Source of the DNA: a virus
Direction: 5' to 3' (one strand)
Length of the DNA stretch: 64,000 bases
IMG/VR virus record: IMGVR_UViG_3300043466_002666
The first letter of the stretch is position 1. Every line of letters begins with the position of its first letter. The position numbers and the translations under genes are program-made. Of the stretch, positions 6,824-16,978 are shown in pieces. The notes beneath the pieces were generated by a model that saw only the letters and a list, made by a program, of their open reading frames with translations, did no database searches and was not told where the DNA came from.

Positions 6824-8979
6824 GCGATTTGCTCGATGAATTTCGATAAGATGATCTTATTGAAAGCTTTCTTTTTCATTTGAGTTTTGAATGTTACTAG
6901 TGGACTCGATGAGCTAGCTGGTGAGATATCAGTAGGAGTACTATTTCCAATCTCAATAAAATACAATTCATTATATCCTAAAGAGGTTGCAGTAAATGAT
7001 CTTGTGTTTCCCCACTCCGATGATACATCACTCCAAGATGAAAACTCATTTTTGAGATAACGAGAAACAAAAGATTTGGCACCATAGAAATCAATAAGCC
7101 TAAACCCTACAGCATTAGATCCAGTTACTTGTCGATAATAATCTACGAATGCACCAGTAATTCCCATACTACCATTCTTACTAATATTCATCATAGTAAT
7201 TTTGTTCTTTTTGTCCTGAAGACACAGAACGTCATTATTTTGAAGCCAACCAGCATGAACAATATTCCTTTGAGTTGGATTATGAACTGATGGACGATTG
7301 AATGATACTGAGTTCGATTCACCATCAGTCAAGAAAACTGTATTGACCTTATCGACGTTATACGTTTTTTTGAACTTTTCAAAAACATCAATAGCTGCAA
7401 AAATACATTCATTCAATGGAGTACTGCCTAGATCATAATGATTATACCCATAAGTTAGATATGTTTGATGATCTAAAGCATATGCAAGTTTCCAAACGTT
7501 TTTCATTTGATTTTCAAGTTGAGTAGTATTCATTTTACTGCTCAAGAAATTTACCAATAGAAAATCCTCAATAATATGAATCTGAGAGCCTTCCAGTTTA
7601 GTTCTTTTACTGCGAGACATTTGAGCATAATTTTTTGCTAGATTCCTATCATTGAAGGAATATACTTCAAAAGGAATTTGCACTTTCTTGCAGAATTGAA
7701 TTAGGTTAAAAAGTTGTTTGATGGTGCCTACTAGATTCCCTTGCATAGAACCAGACCAATCAAGATACATGATCAGACCATGTGACTTACCTTTAGGAAC
7801 AACAGTTACTTTCTTGAAGATATCGTCATTCCACTTGTAGGAATACATTTTATTTGTATCAAGAACACCAGTTCCAGCAGTAGCAGACCGATTGTATTCG
7901 GTTGCTCGCTTCTTCATTTCAAATTCCTTGATCAGATATGATACTGATTTCTTGCACTCATCTTTATAATTTTTGTAATCATTCTCTGCTCTGGCAAACA
8001 TGTTCTCATAATGAGTTTTATTCCTATATCCAGAATGACTTGCATCTTTGATGGTTTCTTTAAAAATATTAGGAAGATCATTTGCACAGTCTTTCCAAGA
8101 AATGATATGACTATCAATATTAATACTTGGAGGAGTTAGGTAGATATAGTTATTATTATTGATGCTAGCAAGTTGTTGTTGATTCTTAGCCCATGCTTTA
8201 TCAGTATCAGAAGTGAAGTCAGCTTCTTTTCCAGAATTATTAGAAGTTGAAGGAGTAGCTTCTTTAGGAGTATCTTCTTTTTTGTCAGAATCTGATTGAG
8301 TAGAATTTTGATTCTGGCTATCACTAACATTACTATCGAGACTTCGATTCTCACCAGAATCAGATTGTTCTACTTCTCCATCAGTATCATCCCCAGATGA
8401 TGAAAAAATCTGGAATTGAAGTTCTACTTCATGTTCAGTATGTTCTACAAGTTCTTTGACAATGTTCACTACATCATCAAAAGTTTCTACATTTGCAACT
8501 TTATCAACAATTACTTTTTCTTCTGGAGTGAAGTTAATAAACATTGCTTTATTGACATTGCCAAGTTTAAAATAAAGATTGATTTTATCAATAAACTTAA
8601 GTTGATTGATATCAATAGAATCAATCTCAAAGAAATCTTTGTCATTGAGTTCTGAATATCCACGATAGAATGCACGAGCAAGGCCAGGATACTTTCGCTT
8701 CATCAGCTTCTCAATACGAGCATCCTCGACAACATTCAAATACCCTTGAGGAAGATTCAGCTCACTTCCATACAAATCTGGAGTGTAGATGGCATGACCA
8801 ACTTCATGGCCCACGAGAAGGTCGTATACATCATTAGAAGTGCCTTCCCAGATGGGCAGAGTTAGAACTCGGTTGTGAGTATCAAAACTGGCAGTAGGAA
8901 CAGACCGATGCTCTACAGTGAGGTTTTCAGTGGCAAGAAGCTTCGCAAGAATACTTTTGGACTGTTGGATGTCGGACAT
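6820..8979 (-). CDS. Metallopeptidase-like (HEXXH) + VWA domain protein, CobT-like partner of the AAA ATPase
   Basis: HEVGH and NVVEDARIE at the N-terminus, acidic/Ser-rich linker, MIDAS DWSGS...TPL...TDGE. Likely start MSDIQQ at 8979. Confidence 0.88.
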   Translation of the reverse strand: MSDIQQSKSILAKLLATENLTVEHRSVPTASFDTHNRVLTLPIWEGTSNDVYDLLVGHEVGHAIYTPDLYGSELNLPQGYLNVVEDARIEKLMKRKYPGLARAFYRGYSELNDKDFFEIDSIDINQLKFIDKINLYFKLGNVNKAMFINFTPEEKVIVDKVANVETFDDVVNIVKELVEHTEHEVELQFQIFSSSGDDTDGEVEQSDSGENRSLDSNVSDSQNQNSTQSDSDKKEDTPKEATPSTSNNSGKEADFTSDTDKAWAKNQQQLASINNNNYIYLTPPSINIDSHIISWKDCANDLPNIFKETIKDASHSGYRNKTHYENMFARAENDYKNYKDECKKSVSYLIKEFEMKKRATEYNRSATAGTGVLDTNKMYSYKWNDDIFKKVTVVPKGKSHGLIMYLDWSGSMQGNLVGTIKQLFNLIQFCKKVQIPFEVYSFNDRNLAKNYAQMSRSKRTKLEGSQIHIIEDFLLVNFLSSKMNTTQLENQMKNVWKLAYALDHQTYLTYGYNHYDLGSTPLNECIFAAIDVFEKFKKTYNVDKVNTVFLTDGESNSVSFNRPSVHNPTQRNIVHAGWLQNNDVLCLQDKKNKITMMNISKNGSMGITGAFVDYYRQVTGSNAVGFRLIDFYGAKSFVSRYLKNEFSSWSDVSSEWGNTRSFTATSLGYNELYFIEIGNSTPTDISPASSSSPLVTFKTQMKKKAFNKIILSKFIEQIA

Positions 8980-9002
8980 AGGTGCCTCAATTCGTTGCAC
9001 TT

Positions 9003-9042
9003 ATACTACCAAGCCCAACCCATCTTGTCAATGGGTTGGGCT
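9003..9042 (-). promoter_or_regulatory. Sigma70-type promoter with its -35 box in the loop of a 12-bp perfect inverted repeat
   Basis: TTGACA-17 nt-TAGTAT; AGCCCAACCCAT-cttgtca-ATGGGTTGGGCT. Confidence 0.7.
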
Positions 9043-9053
9043 ATAAGCATTAC

Positions 9054-10766
9054 TTATATCTCGGTTACCTTGCTAAAGTTTTTAACTTTTTCAAACTGAA
9101 GAACTTTTTCAAATTTATCATTCAGTACATCTCCTTTATGTGATATGACAAATACATTAGTATCACTATCTATACCACGAATAATTTTCAGGAAATCTTC
9201 AGTTCCAGCTGTATCAAGTGAGCTATCAAATACTTCGTCAAGAATCAATAAATTTGTGCTGGCAGAATTTTTAAGTTTAGCAACAGATCTCCAAGTGAAC
9301 ATCAGAGATAAATCAATTCGCATTTTTTCTCCTTCAGAAAAAGAGCTGTAACTAAATTCATCACGAAATCTAGATTTAATAGTTTCCTCAAAGTTTTCGT
9401 CTAAGTTAAAGTTAACATAGAAGTCCATCAACTGAAGATATTTGTTGATAAGTTGATTCATCACAGGAAGATATTTTTTGATGATCTTTGATTTGATTCC
9501 AGTGTCTTTTAGTAGTGTAGATACGATTTCATAATAAGTCTTATTAGCTTTCATTTTGTCAACTTGCTTCTTTAGAGTAACACCTTCAGAAGCTAGAGTA
9601 GTCAACTTTTGTTTTTCGATAGCAATGTCTTTATCGGACTCAGAAATTTTTTGGATTTCATCTTTCAAAGAATCAATAAATTTAGTTAGACTTTTGCAGT
9701 TATAATTTTGACTTGCAATTTTAATGTTCAAGTCATTGATATCATTCAGAATTTTTTGTGACTGTTCAATAATTTCCTGTGCTTTTTCAATCTCAGTTTC
9801 TACTTCAGAAATAGCAGATTCCAATTTAGTAATTTCTGTATTACACTTTGAAATGTGAGTTTCTTTTACTTCCTCGGTTAAATCTTGATGACAGGTTGGA
9901 CAAACATCATTGTCATTGTAGAAACTTATGTTACTCTTGTGATCCGTTAGTTTGGTAGAAAATTTAGTTTTATATTTGTCTAGTTCTTTGATATTTACTT
10001 TAGGTAGTTGTATAAGCTCATCATTTTTAGCAACTAATTGCAGACATAACTCATCGTACTGCTCATTGCATTCTTTGATCTGCTGTTCATAATCTAGTAT
10101 CTGTTCATTTTTTTCATCAATGCTTTTTTGAGACTGTCCTGCAATATAATCAATATGATCCTTTTGCATTTTAACTTTTTCTTTTAGAAAATCAATTTCA
10201 GTCTCAAACGTCTTGATGTTATCATTATTAGTTTTAATTCTATCTTTTAGGATAACATTCATCGTAGAGAATATACGAATATCCAAAAGATCTTCAATAA
10301 CTTCTCGACGGTGTGCTGCAGGAAGTTGCATAAATGGCACAAATGTACTGGAGCCCAAGATTACAATCTGAGTAAAAGATTTGTAATTTAGTTTTAGAAT
10401 ATTTTGCTCCAAGTACTTTTGTTGATCTGATGCAGCAGCCACTTGATCTAGGATTTTACCATCAATCCAAATTTCAAAAATATTTGGCTTCAATCCTCGT
10501 ATAATTTTGTATTCTTTTGATCCAATACTAAACTCAATTTCTACTTTACAATCTTTCTCATTGATTGAATTGATAAGCTGATTTTTATTTACTTTACGAA
10601 AAGATTTATTAAATAAAGCAAACACAATAGCTTCAATTATAGTACTCTTACCAGCACCATTGGTTCCAACGATTAGAGTAGTATTGGCGTCGTTTAAGTT
10701 GATCGTGGTGGGAGTATTCCCTACAGCAAGAAAATTTGAGTACGTTACAGACTTAAATAAAATCAT
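9054..10766 (-). CDS. gp46: Recombination endonuclease subunit, SbcC/Rad50-like ATPase
   Basis: GTNGAGKS Walker A, CPTC zinc hook, FSEGE signature, LILDEVFD, ISH. Confidence 0.97.
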   Translation of the reverse strand: MILFKSVTYSNFLAVGNTPTTINLNDANTTLIVGTNGAGKSTIIEAIVFALFNKSFRKVNKNQLINSINEKDCKVEIEFSIGSKEYKIIRGLKPNIFEIWIDGKILDQVAAASDQQKYLEQNILKLNYKSFTQIVILGSSTFVPFMQLPAAHRREVIEDLLDIRIFSTMNVILKDRIKTNNDNIKTFETEIDFLKEKVKMQKDHIDYIAGQSQKSIDEKNEQILDYEQQIKECNEQYDELCLQLVAKNDELIQLPKVNIKELDKYKTKFSTKLTDHKSNISFYNDNDVCPTCHQDLTEEVKETHISKCNTEITKLESAISEVETEIEKAQEIIEQSQKILNDINDLNIKIASQNYNCKSLTKFIDSLKDEIQKISESDKDIAIEKQKLTTLASEGVTLKKQVDKMKANKTYYEIVSTLLKDTGIKSKIIKKYLPVMNQLINKYLQLMDFYVNFNLDENFEETIKSRFRDEFSYSSFSEGEKMRIDLSLMFTWRSVAKLKNSASTNLLILDEVFDSSLDTAGTEDFLKIIRGIDSDTNVFVISHKGDVLNDKFEKVLQFEKVKNFSKVTEI

Positions 10767-11028
10767 AAGAAACAGTATCAGGAGGAATTACAAAATCGTC
10801 AGGGGTTATTACACAGTAATTATATCCAAAATTCTCACAGGCAATGATGGCATCCTCTTCTTCAATTTGCACTAGTTGCATTTCAGGAAAACCATCAGCT
10901 TCAAGAAGACCAATATAACGAAGAGCATCATCCTCGTCAACAAACATTTGCAAAACTTTACTTCCATCAGAAGTTTCTACTGCATATGCTCCTTCTTCTT
11001 TTTTGTCCTTGAGAGTTAGTATATACAT
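10753..11028 (-). CDS. Conserved cyanophage hypothetical protein between gp47 and gp46
   Basis: Acidic 91-aa ORF overlapping both neighbours; ends ITPDDFVIPP. Confidence 0.75.
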   Translation of the reverse strand: MYILTLKDKKEEGAYAVETSDGSKVLQMFVDEDDALRYIGLLEADGFPEMQLVQIEEEDAIIACENFGYNYCVITPDDFVIPPDTVSYDFI

Positions 11029-12077
11029 TACTGAATTTCAGAAGCTTCCAGGTAAATAGATTTTATGATAGATTTCAATTGAGATTTATCATGATTATTT
11101 TTCATATCTTCTATATATCTCTGCAGAGTGGTTAGGGTATCTTCGTGCTCTAACATTTCATCATCATTTTTATTCAGCAGAATTTGAGTATCTTCAATAA
11201 TTTTTAGATCATGTACTCCGATGGTATAAAATTTTTCAATTACTTTGTCAAAAGTGTATAGATCGGTTTTCTCTTCTACAATTACTTTAACGTAGCTATC
11301 TACGTATTCTGATAGATCTACTTTTGTATAATCATGTTTAATATCATCATAGTAAAATTTATTAAACATTCGATATGGATTACGAATAAATTTTAACTTT
11401 CTAGCATCCAGATCATATAGATGAAAACCTCTTTCTTCATTATAATCACTCCAAGTCATTTCATAAGGATTGCCAAGATAGTAAATATTATCACTTCTAG
11501 ATTTGTGATGAAAATGACCGGAGAATACTCGTTTAAATTTAGAAAATATATCTCTATCCAATCCACCTTCAAACATATGTCCTGGATGAGCTTCAAACCC
11601 ATTAATTTCAAGGTGTCCCATCAATACTTCTGATTTAGTATTTTCTAGGTGATTCATCACTTTGAACTGATTTTCGGAATTAATCCATGGAACCATTGTA
11701 ATGGTATTTCCTAGAACATCAATATCACAGATCTCATCGTATACAGTGATATTGTCATATGAATGTAGTAGTAGTTGGGGAGTATTTACTCGATTAGTAT
11801 TTTTATAATATGCTGTGTGATTACCGACAATCATATGAACCTGAATACCAAGTTCTTGTAGTCGATCATAGTAATGTTTTTTAATACGATCCCATGCAAG
11901 AAAGTCAATAGCCTTTCTATTGTCAAAGGTATCCCCAAGATCAAACAAAATCTTGATATTGTTTTTTTCTAATGTTGGGAAAAATACATTATCATAGAAT
12001 TTTAGAAAAAATTCCCAGAAAGCCTGAGAACCTTTTCTTCCATCCAAATGTTGATCGGTAATAATTGCACTGTTCAT
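11028..12077 (-). CDS. gp47: Recombination endonuclease subunit, SbcD/Mre11-like nuclease
   Basis: Metallophosphoesterase motifs TDQH, GDTFD, GNH, GHLE, SGHFH. Confidence 0.96.
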   Translation of the reverse strand: MNSAIITDQHLDGRKGSQAFWEFFLKFYDNVFFPTLEKNNIKILFDLGDTFDNRKAIDFLAWDRIKKHYYDRLQELGIQVHMIVGNHTAYYKNTNRVNTPQLLLHSYDNITVYDEICDIDVLGNTITMVPWINSENQFKVMNHLENTKSEVLMGHLEINGFEAHPGHMFEGGLDRDIFSKFKRVFSGHFHHKSRSDNIYYLGNPYEMTWSDYNEERGFHLYDLDARKLKFIRNPYRMFNKFYYDDIKHDYTKVDLSEYVDSYVKVIVEEKTDLYTFDKVIEKFYTIGVHDLKIIEDTQILLNKNDDEMLEHEDTLTTLQRYIEDMKNNHDKSQLKSIIKSIYLEASEIQ

Positions 12078-12544
12078 CGGTTGTTGCGATACTCAAGATT
12101 TTCTTTAATGCTATTCATATCAGACATATTAAATCCCATAATATTATCATCTGCAGCAAATACCTGATCGTAACCAGATCTTTCAAGTAATTTAGTTTTA
12201 ACTTCTAGTTGTTTCTTTTCTTTTTGAATTCTGCGAAGGAAAGCAAAGTAAATGATCTGTGTAAAATATGCAAATGGATTAGTAGATTTCTCTGGATCAA
12301 AGTTATCAATATATTGAAGACAGTTTTCTATACCATCACAGATCATATCATCCTTAAACATGTAGTTAACAAAATTAGGGCGATATGATAGGTGAGTAGC
12401 AATCTTTAGAAAACATTCGCCAATATAGTTAGGAACCCTTGGCTTTTCTCTACCTTCTTCTCTTGATAATTTAACTTCTTTTCTGTAAACCATTAAGGCG
12501 TCTAAAAATTCCTTATTGTTTACATAGTGTTCTTTTTTCTTCAT
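12074..12544 (-). CDS. gp55: Late-transcription sigma factor
   Basis: HYVNNKEF, YIGECFLKIATHLSYRPNF and NPFAYFTQIIYFAFLRRIQKEKKQ motifs. Confidence 0.97.
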   Translation of the reverse strand: MKKKEHYVNNKEFLDALMVYRKEVKLSREEGREKPRVPNYIGECFLKIATHLSYRPNFVNYMFKDDMICDGIENCLQYIDNFDPEKSTNPFAYFTQIIYFAFLRRIQKEKKQLEVKTKLLERSGYDQVFAADDNIMGFNMSDMNSIKENLEYRNNR

Positions 12545-12569
12545 TGAAGGACTTGTTTCTGATGATACC

Positions 12570-12598
12570 AGTATAACAGCTTACTGTAGATTTGTCAA
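12570..12598 (-). promoter_or_regulatory. Sigma70-type promoter of gp55-gp47-gp46
   Basis: TTGACA-17 nt-TATACT. Confidence 0.8.
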
Positions 12599-12614
12599 GG
12601 GGTAGGGGGGGGGG

Positions 12615-12643
12615 TTGACAAGGGTGCTGGATTCTGCTACAAT
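12615..12643 (+). promoter_or_regulatory. Divergent sigma70-type promoter with no plus-strand gene downstream
   Basis: TTGACA-17 nt-TACAAT (TG at the extended -10 position), preceded by a G10 run. Confidence 0.7.
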
Positions 12644-12690
12644 AACCATGTCAGGGTTCAGAAATTAGTTCTTTAGAGTACTTAGAGACC

Positions 12691-13089
12691 TTAAGAATCA
12701 ATATTCAATTTAAATGACTTCTCTAGAAGCTTCCTTGCTTCTTCAATCTTATTTTTAAATCCTAGTTCCTTATCTAGAGATACTCTATTATTATGTTCTT
12801 CATTTAGATACTTTTTTAGAGTACTACGATACAGAGTTAATATTTTATTATCTGCTTCACCAACAGTAAATACTTTATTTTTATCTATAAAGAATATATC
12901 TTCCTTTGAGAATTTAATCCAAGGTCTCATATCTACTTTATACATTTCTCCTGCTGGAGTAGAGATTGGTTCTACAGATATTTCAAATGGATTCTCTACA
13001 ACAAATCCATCTTCTTGTTCACATACAACTATATTGCCAACTAACTCAGTACCATCAATTAATTTAATTACTCCATAGAATTCATTCAT
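12691..13089 (-). CDS. Conserved T4-like hypothetical protein (possible Sm-like fold)
   Basis: YGVIKLIDGTELVG...MRPWI; sits between uvsW and gp55. Confidence 0.75.
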   Translation of the reverse strand: MNEFYGVIKLIDGTELVGNIVVCEQEDGFVVENPFEISVEPISTPAGEMYKVDMRPWIKFSKEDIFFIDKNKVFTVGEADNKILTLYRSTLKKYLNEEHNNRVSLDKELGFKNKIEEARKLLEKSFKLNIDS

Positions 13090-14557
13090 GTTCTTTCCTT
13101 GTAAAATTTACTGGAATTATTTCATATTCAAAATTCTCTTCTGAATATGTTTTAATTCTTTCTACTAGATGATTTAAAGTATAATTCTTTTTTTCTCCTT
13201 TTGAGAAATCGTCTGCGATGTCAAATAATTTTGCTTTTGATTTGTTTTCTCCTTTTCGCAATACTCTTCCGATGGATTGGAGATTTCTAACTCTTGATTT
13301 ACTAGGGGAAGCAAAGATAACGTTATGTAGATTTCTAATGTTAATACCAGTAGAAAAAGTACCGTAAGAAGCAATGATGATGGCATTAGATTCTTCTTCT
13401 GTGAGTTTCCTTATTAATTCTCTTTCTTCGGTATCAACACCACCATATACAAAGAATACTTTTCGTTTATCACCTACATCACTATTTATTATTTCGTGAA
13501 GTATCTTGCCATGTTTTTCTACCATAGCAAATAAAATTAGAGTGTTTCCTTCCTGATTTATTGCAAGATTTTTAATATAGTTGTTTCGTCGTTCATGACG
13601 ACAAATGTAATCTATCTCTTCTTGATATGACTCAAATGGCGAATAACCATGTTGGAGAAGAAGGATATTGATTTTGAGGTTTGAGAGATACCCCTTGTCT
13701 ATCAAATTTTTGGTCTTAATAACCTTGTTAACAGGTCCAAATAACCCCTCTAAAACGAGTTGATTTGTGCTTGACCCATCCAGAGTACCTGTGAACCCAA
13801 TTCTATACTTGCAATTATGCAGTTTTGTCATGATCGTAATTAGTGACTTGGCTTTGAATTGATGAGCCTCATCTCCAATTACAACATCATACTTTTCAAA
13901 GAAATTTTTTGGTAACTTATAAATTGATTGCCAAGTTGTAACAGTTACTTGTTTGTTAGTTTGTTTTGATTTGCCAGCATAAATTTTATGCACATCATCT
14001 CCCCACCCATAATCTTGAAAGTCTTTTGATAACTGTTCTACAAGAGAAGTAGTAGGTGTGATAATAAGTACATTTAAATTTCTATCAATATAATATCTCA
14101 TGATGCAGTAAATCATTAAAGACTTACCAGATGCAGTTGGAGATAATAACAGTTTACGATTATTTCGTAATGCTTCGTAAATTGCTTTGTATTGATAATC
14201 ACGAACTTTAAATGGAATATTTAAAGATTTAACATAATCAACTAAACCTTCTGGAGTTATTTGTTGATTGGAATCTTTAGGCATTCCATAAAATTTATTG
14301 TCTTTGTCAATATATGTGTATCCTCTAGAACAAAGCCATTCTGTTAGATAATCATACAGACCAACATATATTGTGCCTTCATATGGACTGAATAATTTAA
14401 TCTTTCCATCCCATAATCTATTTTTATATTGAGGCATAAATTTCGCACCAGGAACCTCAAATGTAAAATACTCAGACAATTCATATTTTATATGAGGTTC
14501 ACATTCAACAGTCAGATATACTTCATTCTTTTTTTGGATAATAACGTCAGCCATCAA
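13082..14557 (-). CDS. uvsW: SF2 DNA helicase UvsW
   Basis: RDYQ, SPTASGKS, DEAH, TGT and QSIGRVLR motifs. Confidence 0.96.
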   Translation of the reverse strand: MMADVIIQKKNEVYLTVECEPHIKYELSEYFTFEVPGAKFMPQYKNRLWDGKIKLFSPYEGTIYVGLYDYLTEWLCSRGYTYIDKDNKFYGMPKDSNQQITPEGLVDYVKSLNIPFKVRDYQYKAIYEALRNNRKLLLSPTASGKSLMIYCIMRYYIDRNLNVLIITPTTSLVEQLSKDFQDYGWGDDVHKIYAGKSKQTNKQVTVTTWQSIYKLPKNFFEKYDVVIGDEAHQFKAKSLITIMTKLHNCKYRIGFTGTLDGSSTNQLVLEGLFGPVNKVIKTKNLIDKGYLSNLKINILLLQHGYSPFESYQEEIDYICRHERRNNYIKNLAINQEGNTLILFAMVEKHGKILHEIINSDVGDKRKVFFVYGGVDTEERELIRKLTEEESNAIIIASYGTFSTGINIRNLHNVIFASPSKSRVRNLQSIGRVLRKGENKSKAKLFDIADDFSKGEKKNYTLNHLVERIKTYSEENFEYEIIPVNFTRKEHE

Positions 14558-14985
14558 ATACTACCTTGCATGAATTTTTGCCAATCAATACTATTCTTGA
14601 TTTGAAATCCTCGTGTGTTTATATTTTCAAGAATTTTTTCAAGAACAAACATCATTTCTTTATAATAATTTAGGATGTTTAAAGACTTTTGAATTTCTTC
14701 ATCAGACTCAATGTATAGTTGAACATCTTGTTTCAAAATTTTTAAATCAAAAGGTTTTTCCTTGTAAACTTCGGAATCTGCCTTTCCAGTGTAATACTCA
14801 AATTTTTCTCTAAGTAATCTTTTGTAATCCTGTTCCTTTTTAACTTTTATAAGCCTTACATCAGAAAGATAATTTAAATACTTGCTGTGTAGTTGTGGAA
14901 TTTTGATTGATTCGTGGTCTAATAAATCTTGATCCATTACTGAATCTTTTTTCCATTCATCTTTAACAAAGTCAATATCAATCAT
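14554..14985 (-). CDS. uvsY: Recombination mediator UvsY
   Basis: WKKDS..D, IPQLHSKYL, EYYTGKA and RGFQIKNSIDW motifs; adjacent to uvsW. Confidence 0.92.
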   Translation of the reverse strand: MIDIDFVKDEWKKDSVMDQDLLDHESIKIPQLHSKYLNYLSDVRLIKVKKEQDYKRLLREKFEYYTGKADSEVYKEKPFDLKILKQDVQLYIESDEEIQKSLNILNYYKEMMFVLEKILENINTRGFQIKNSIDWQKFMQGSI

Positions 14986-15518
14986 AGTTTGTTGTCATTA
15001 ATATCGTATATATCATATATAGTGTACTTAAAAGTGGCTGGTACAGTAAAATACTGAACATCAGTTGCATTAGTATTAAATGTTAATGCTCCAATATCTG
15101 TAGGAAACACATCATTAAATACTACTTTAAATTTCTTTTTAAAGTTTGAATCTAGAATAAACAATACTGCATCACTATAAGTTTTATCTTCTAGATCCTC
15201 ACCGGGAAGTTCTTGAATATCTTGCGATGAATATGGATGGCCTAATTTTCTAATCCAATTATGCACAGTAACATAATTAGACATATTTTCATCTACAATA
15301 AATTCTAACGATAAATCTTGAAAATTTATTTCATCACCTGGATGAGGAATTGCATTGTATCGTGTGGATTGATTTGCAACTGAAATACTAATCCCAGGTA
15401 TTGTTGCAGACTGACAAAAAAATGATACCTTTGGATATTTAATTAACTGAAATTGAAATCCTATACCAGTTAAAAAATTTGAAGGGCAGCCTGAGTTGGC
15501 TATAAAATTTGCAGCCAT
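14982..15518 (-). CDS. gp3: Tail completion / tube terminator protein
   Basis: NFLTGIGFQF, FFCQSATIPGI, FIVDENMSNY, FPTDIGALTF; position downstream of gp23. Confidence 0.88.
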   Translation of the reverse strand: MAANFIANSGCPSNFLTGIGFQFQLIKYPKVSFFCQSATIPGISISVANQSTRYNAIPHPGDEINFQDLSLEFIVDENMSNYVTVHNWIRKLGHPYSSQDIQELPGEDLEDKTYSDAVLFILDSNFKKKFKVVFNDVFPTDIGALTFNTNATDVQYFTVPATFKYTIYDIYDINDNKL

Positions 15519-15524
15519 GGGTTT

Positions 15525-15532
15525 TATTTATA
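15525..15532 (-). promoter_or_regulatory. T4-type late promoter for gp3
   Basis: Exact TATAAATA just upstream of the gp3 start. Confidence 0.8.
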
Positions 15533-15539
15533 TTTAGAT

Positions 15540-15565
15540 AAAAAAAGAGCCCCTTTTGGGGGCTC
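15540..15565 (-). terminator. Intrinsic terminator after the major capsid gene
   Basis: GAGCCCC/GGGGCTC stem followed by T7 on the minus strand. Confidence 0.88.
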
Positions 15566-15586
15566 CTGAATTATGTGAATCAGTGA

Positions 15587-16978
15587 TCACATTAGGTTGA
15601 TGACTCTGGTTCTTCTGTAGTAAACGTTGTCGTTTGCCTGTAGAGCACCAGAACGCTGGGTTAGACCACCTGCGAATGGGTTTGCAACCATGCCATAACG
15701 GGTCTTGAAGCCAATCTTTGGCTGGAAGGTGTCCTGACCGATGGAACGAACCATCTGGAGAGGTACATATGGGCAATAGAAGAGACCTGCATCATATGCA
15801 TTAGAACCCTTATAACCCATCACGTAGTAGTGATCGTTGGAGATATTTGCTGAATATGGATCAACATATACCTTGATGCGACCATTTATTGTACCAGCTA
15901 GAGTTGATACGGTGTCGTCTGGAGTGTCTGAAGTGTTGAGTAGTGGGGTGTAATCCATTACCTTAGCAGCAGCTAGAGCACTTGCAACGTCTGCTGAACA
16001 GACGATGAAGTTACCCTTTCCTCTACGAGTCTCATGACCGATTGCGTTTGCATCACGCTCAATCTGGAATAGTAGACCCTTGAACTTCTCAACTGACCAA
16101 CGACCATTGGAGTCAACGTCTAGGTCGAAAGTACCAGCGTTAGCTACGTTATTCTGAGCACCAGGCTTAGCGGTTACGTAGATGGTACGAACAACTTCAC
16201 GGTTGATTTCAGTTAGAATCTCTGAGCTTAGAATGTTAGCTAGCTCAGTCTCAGCATCAAGACCATGGATAGCCTTGAGGTCTTGTGCTAGTTCTAGGGT
16301 GTACTCAGCTTTTAGAGCACGGCTCTTTGCTGTTACAGTTACCTTCTCGATTGAGAAGCTCATTTCACGGAACTCAGATCCGCTTTCACCTAGAGCTTCA
16401 GCAGCGTTGGTGTTCATACCACCAACATAACCGTAATCGCCAGGGCTTGCTGCGTTTAGTACGCCAGGGTTGGTTGCACCTTCGCCAGTTGCAGCAGAGT
16501 ATGCACCACCAGCAGCAGAGAAACCTGAAGGAACTTCGTTGAAGAAGGTCTCGTTGTCGAATACGTTTGGAGTAGCACCGTTACCATTACGGTCAGTACC
16601 ACGATGAGCACGCATTGCGAAGATTAGACCAGTTGGACCGCTCATTGGCTGAACACCGCAAATGTCATAAGCAATTAGCTTAGGCATTGAACGGCGGATT
16701 AGGCTGATTAGAACTGGGTCGAAACCTGCAACAGGACCACCAGCAGCAGCGCCACCTGAGAAGCCGTGAGCGCCTACACCAGCACCACCTGAGGTGAATG
16801 AACCAGTGCTATTAACTGCAACCTCGGAAAGAACACCACGCTCTTCACGTAGGAATGATTCTTGGTTCTCAAGAAGAACTGCGGTTACGGCCTTACGATA
16901 TCTGTCTGTAATTGGGTTTAGATCGTTGTGCTCCAAAATAGGAGCCCATTTTCTTTGTAGCTGTTCTGAATTAAACAT
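15587..16978 (-). CDS. gp23: Major capsid protein
   Basis: KWAPIL, FDPVLISLIRRSMP, GVQPMSGPTGLIFAMR, KSRALKAEYTLELAQDLKAIHGLDAE, FQPKIGFKTRYG. Confidence 0.99.
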   Translation of the reverse strand: MFNSEQLQRKWAPILEHNDLNPITDRYRKAVTAVLLENQESFLREERGVLSEVAVNSTGSFTSGGAGVGAHGFSGGAAAGGPVAGFDPVLISLIRRSMPKLIAYDICGVQPMSGPTGLIFAMRAHRGTDRNGNGATPNVFDNETFFNEVPSGFSAAGGAYSAATGEGATNPGVLNAASPGDYGYVGGMNTNAAEALGESGSEFREMSFSIEKVTVTAKSRALKAEYTLELAQDLKAIHGLDAETELANILSSEILTEINREVVRTIYVTAKPGAQNNVANAGTFDLDVDSNGRWSVEKFKGLLFQIERDANAIGHETRRGKGNFIVCSADVASALAAAKVMDYTPLLNTSDTPDDTVSTLAGTINGRIKVYVDPYSANISNDHYYVMGYKGSNAYDAGLFYCPYVPLQMVRSIGQDTFQPKIGFKTRYGMVANPFAGGLTQRSGALQANDNVYYRRTRVINLM

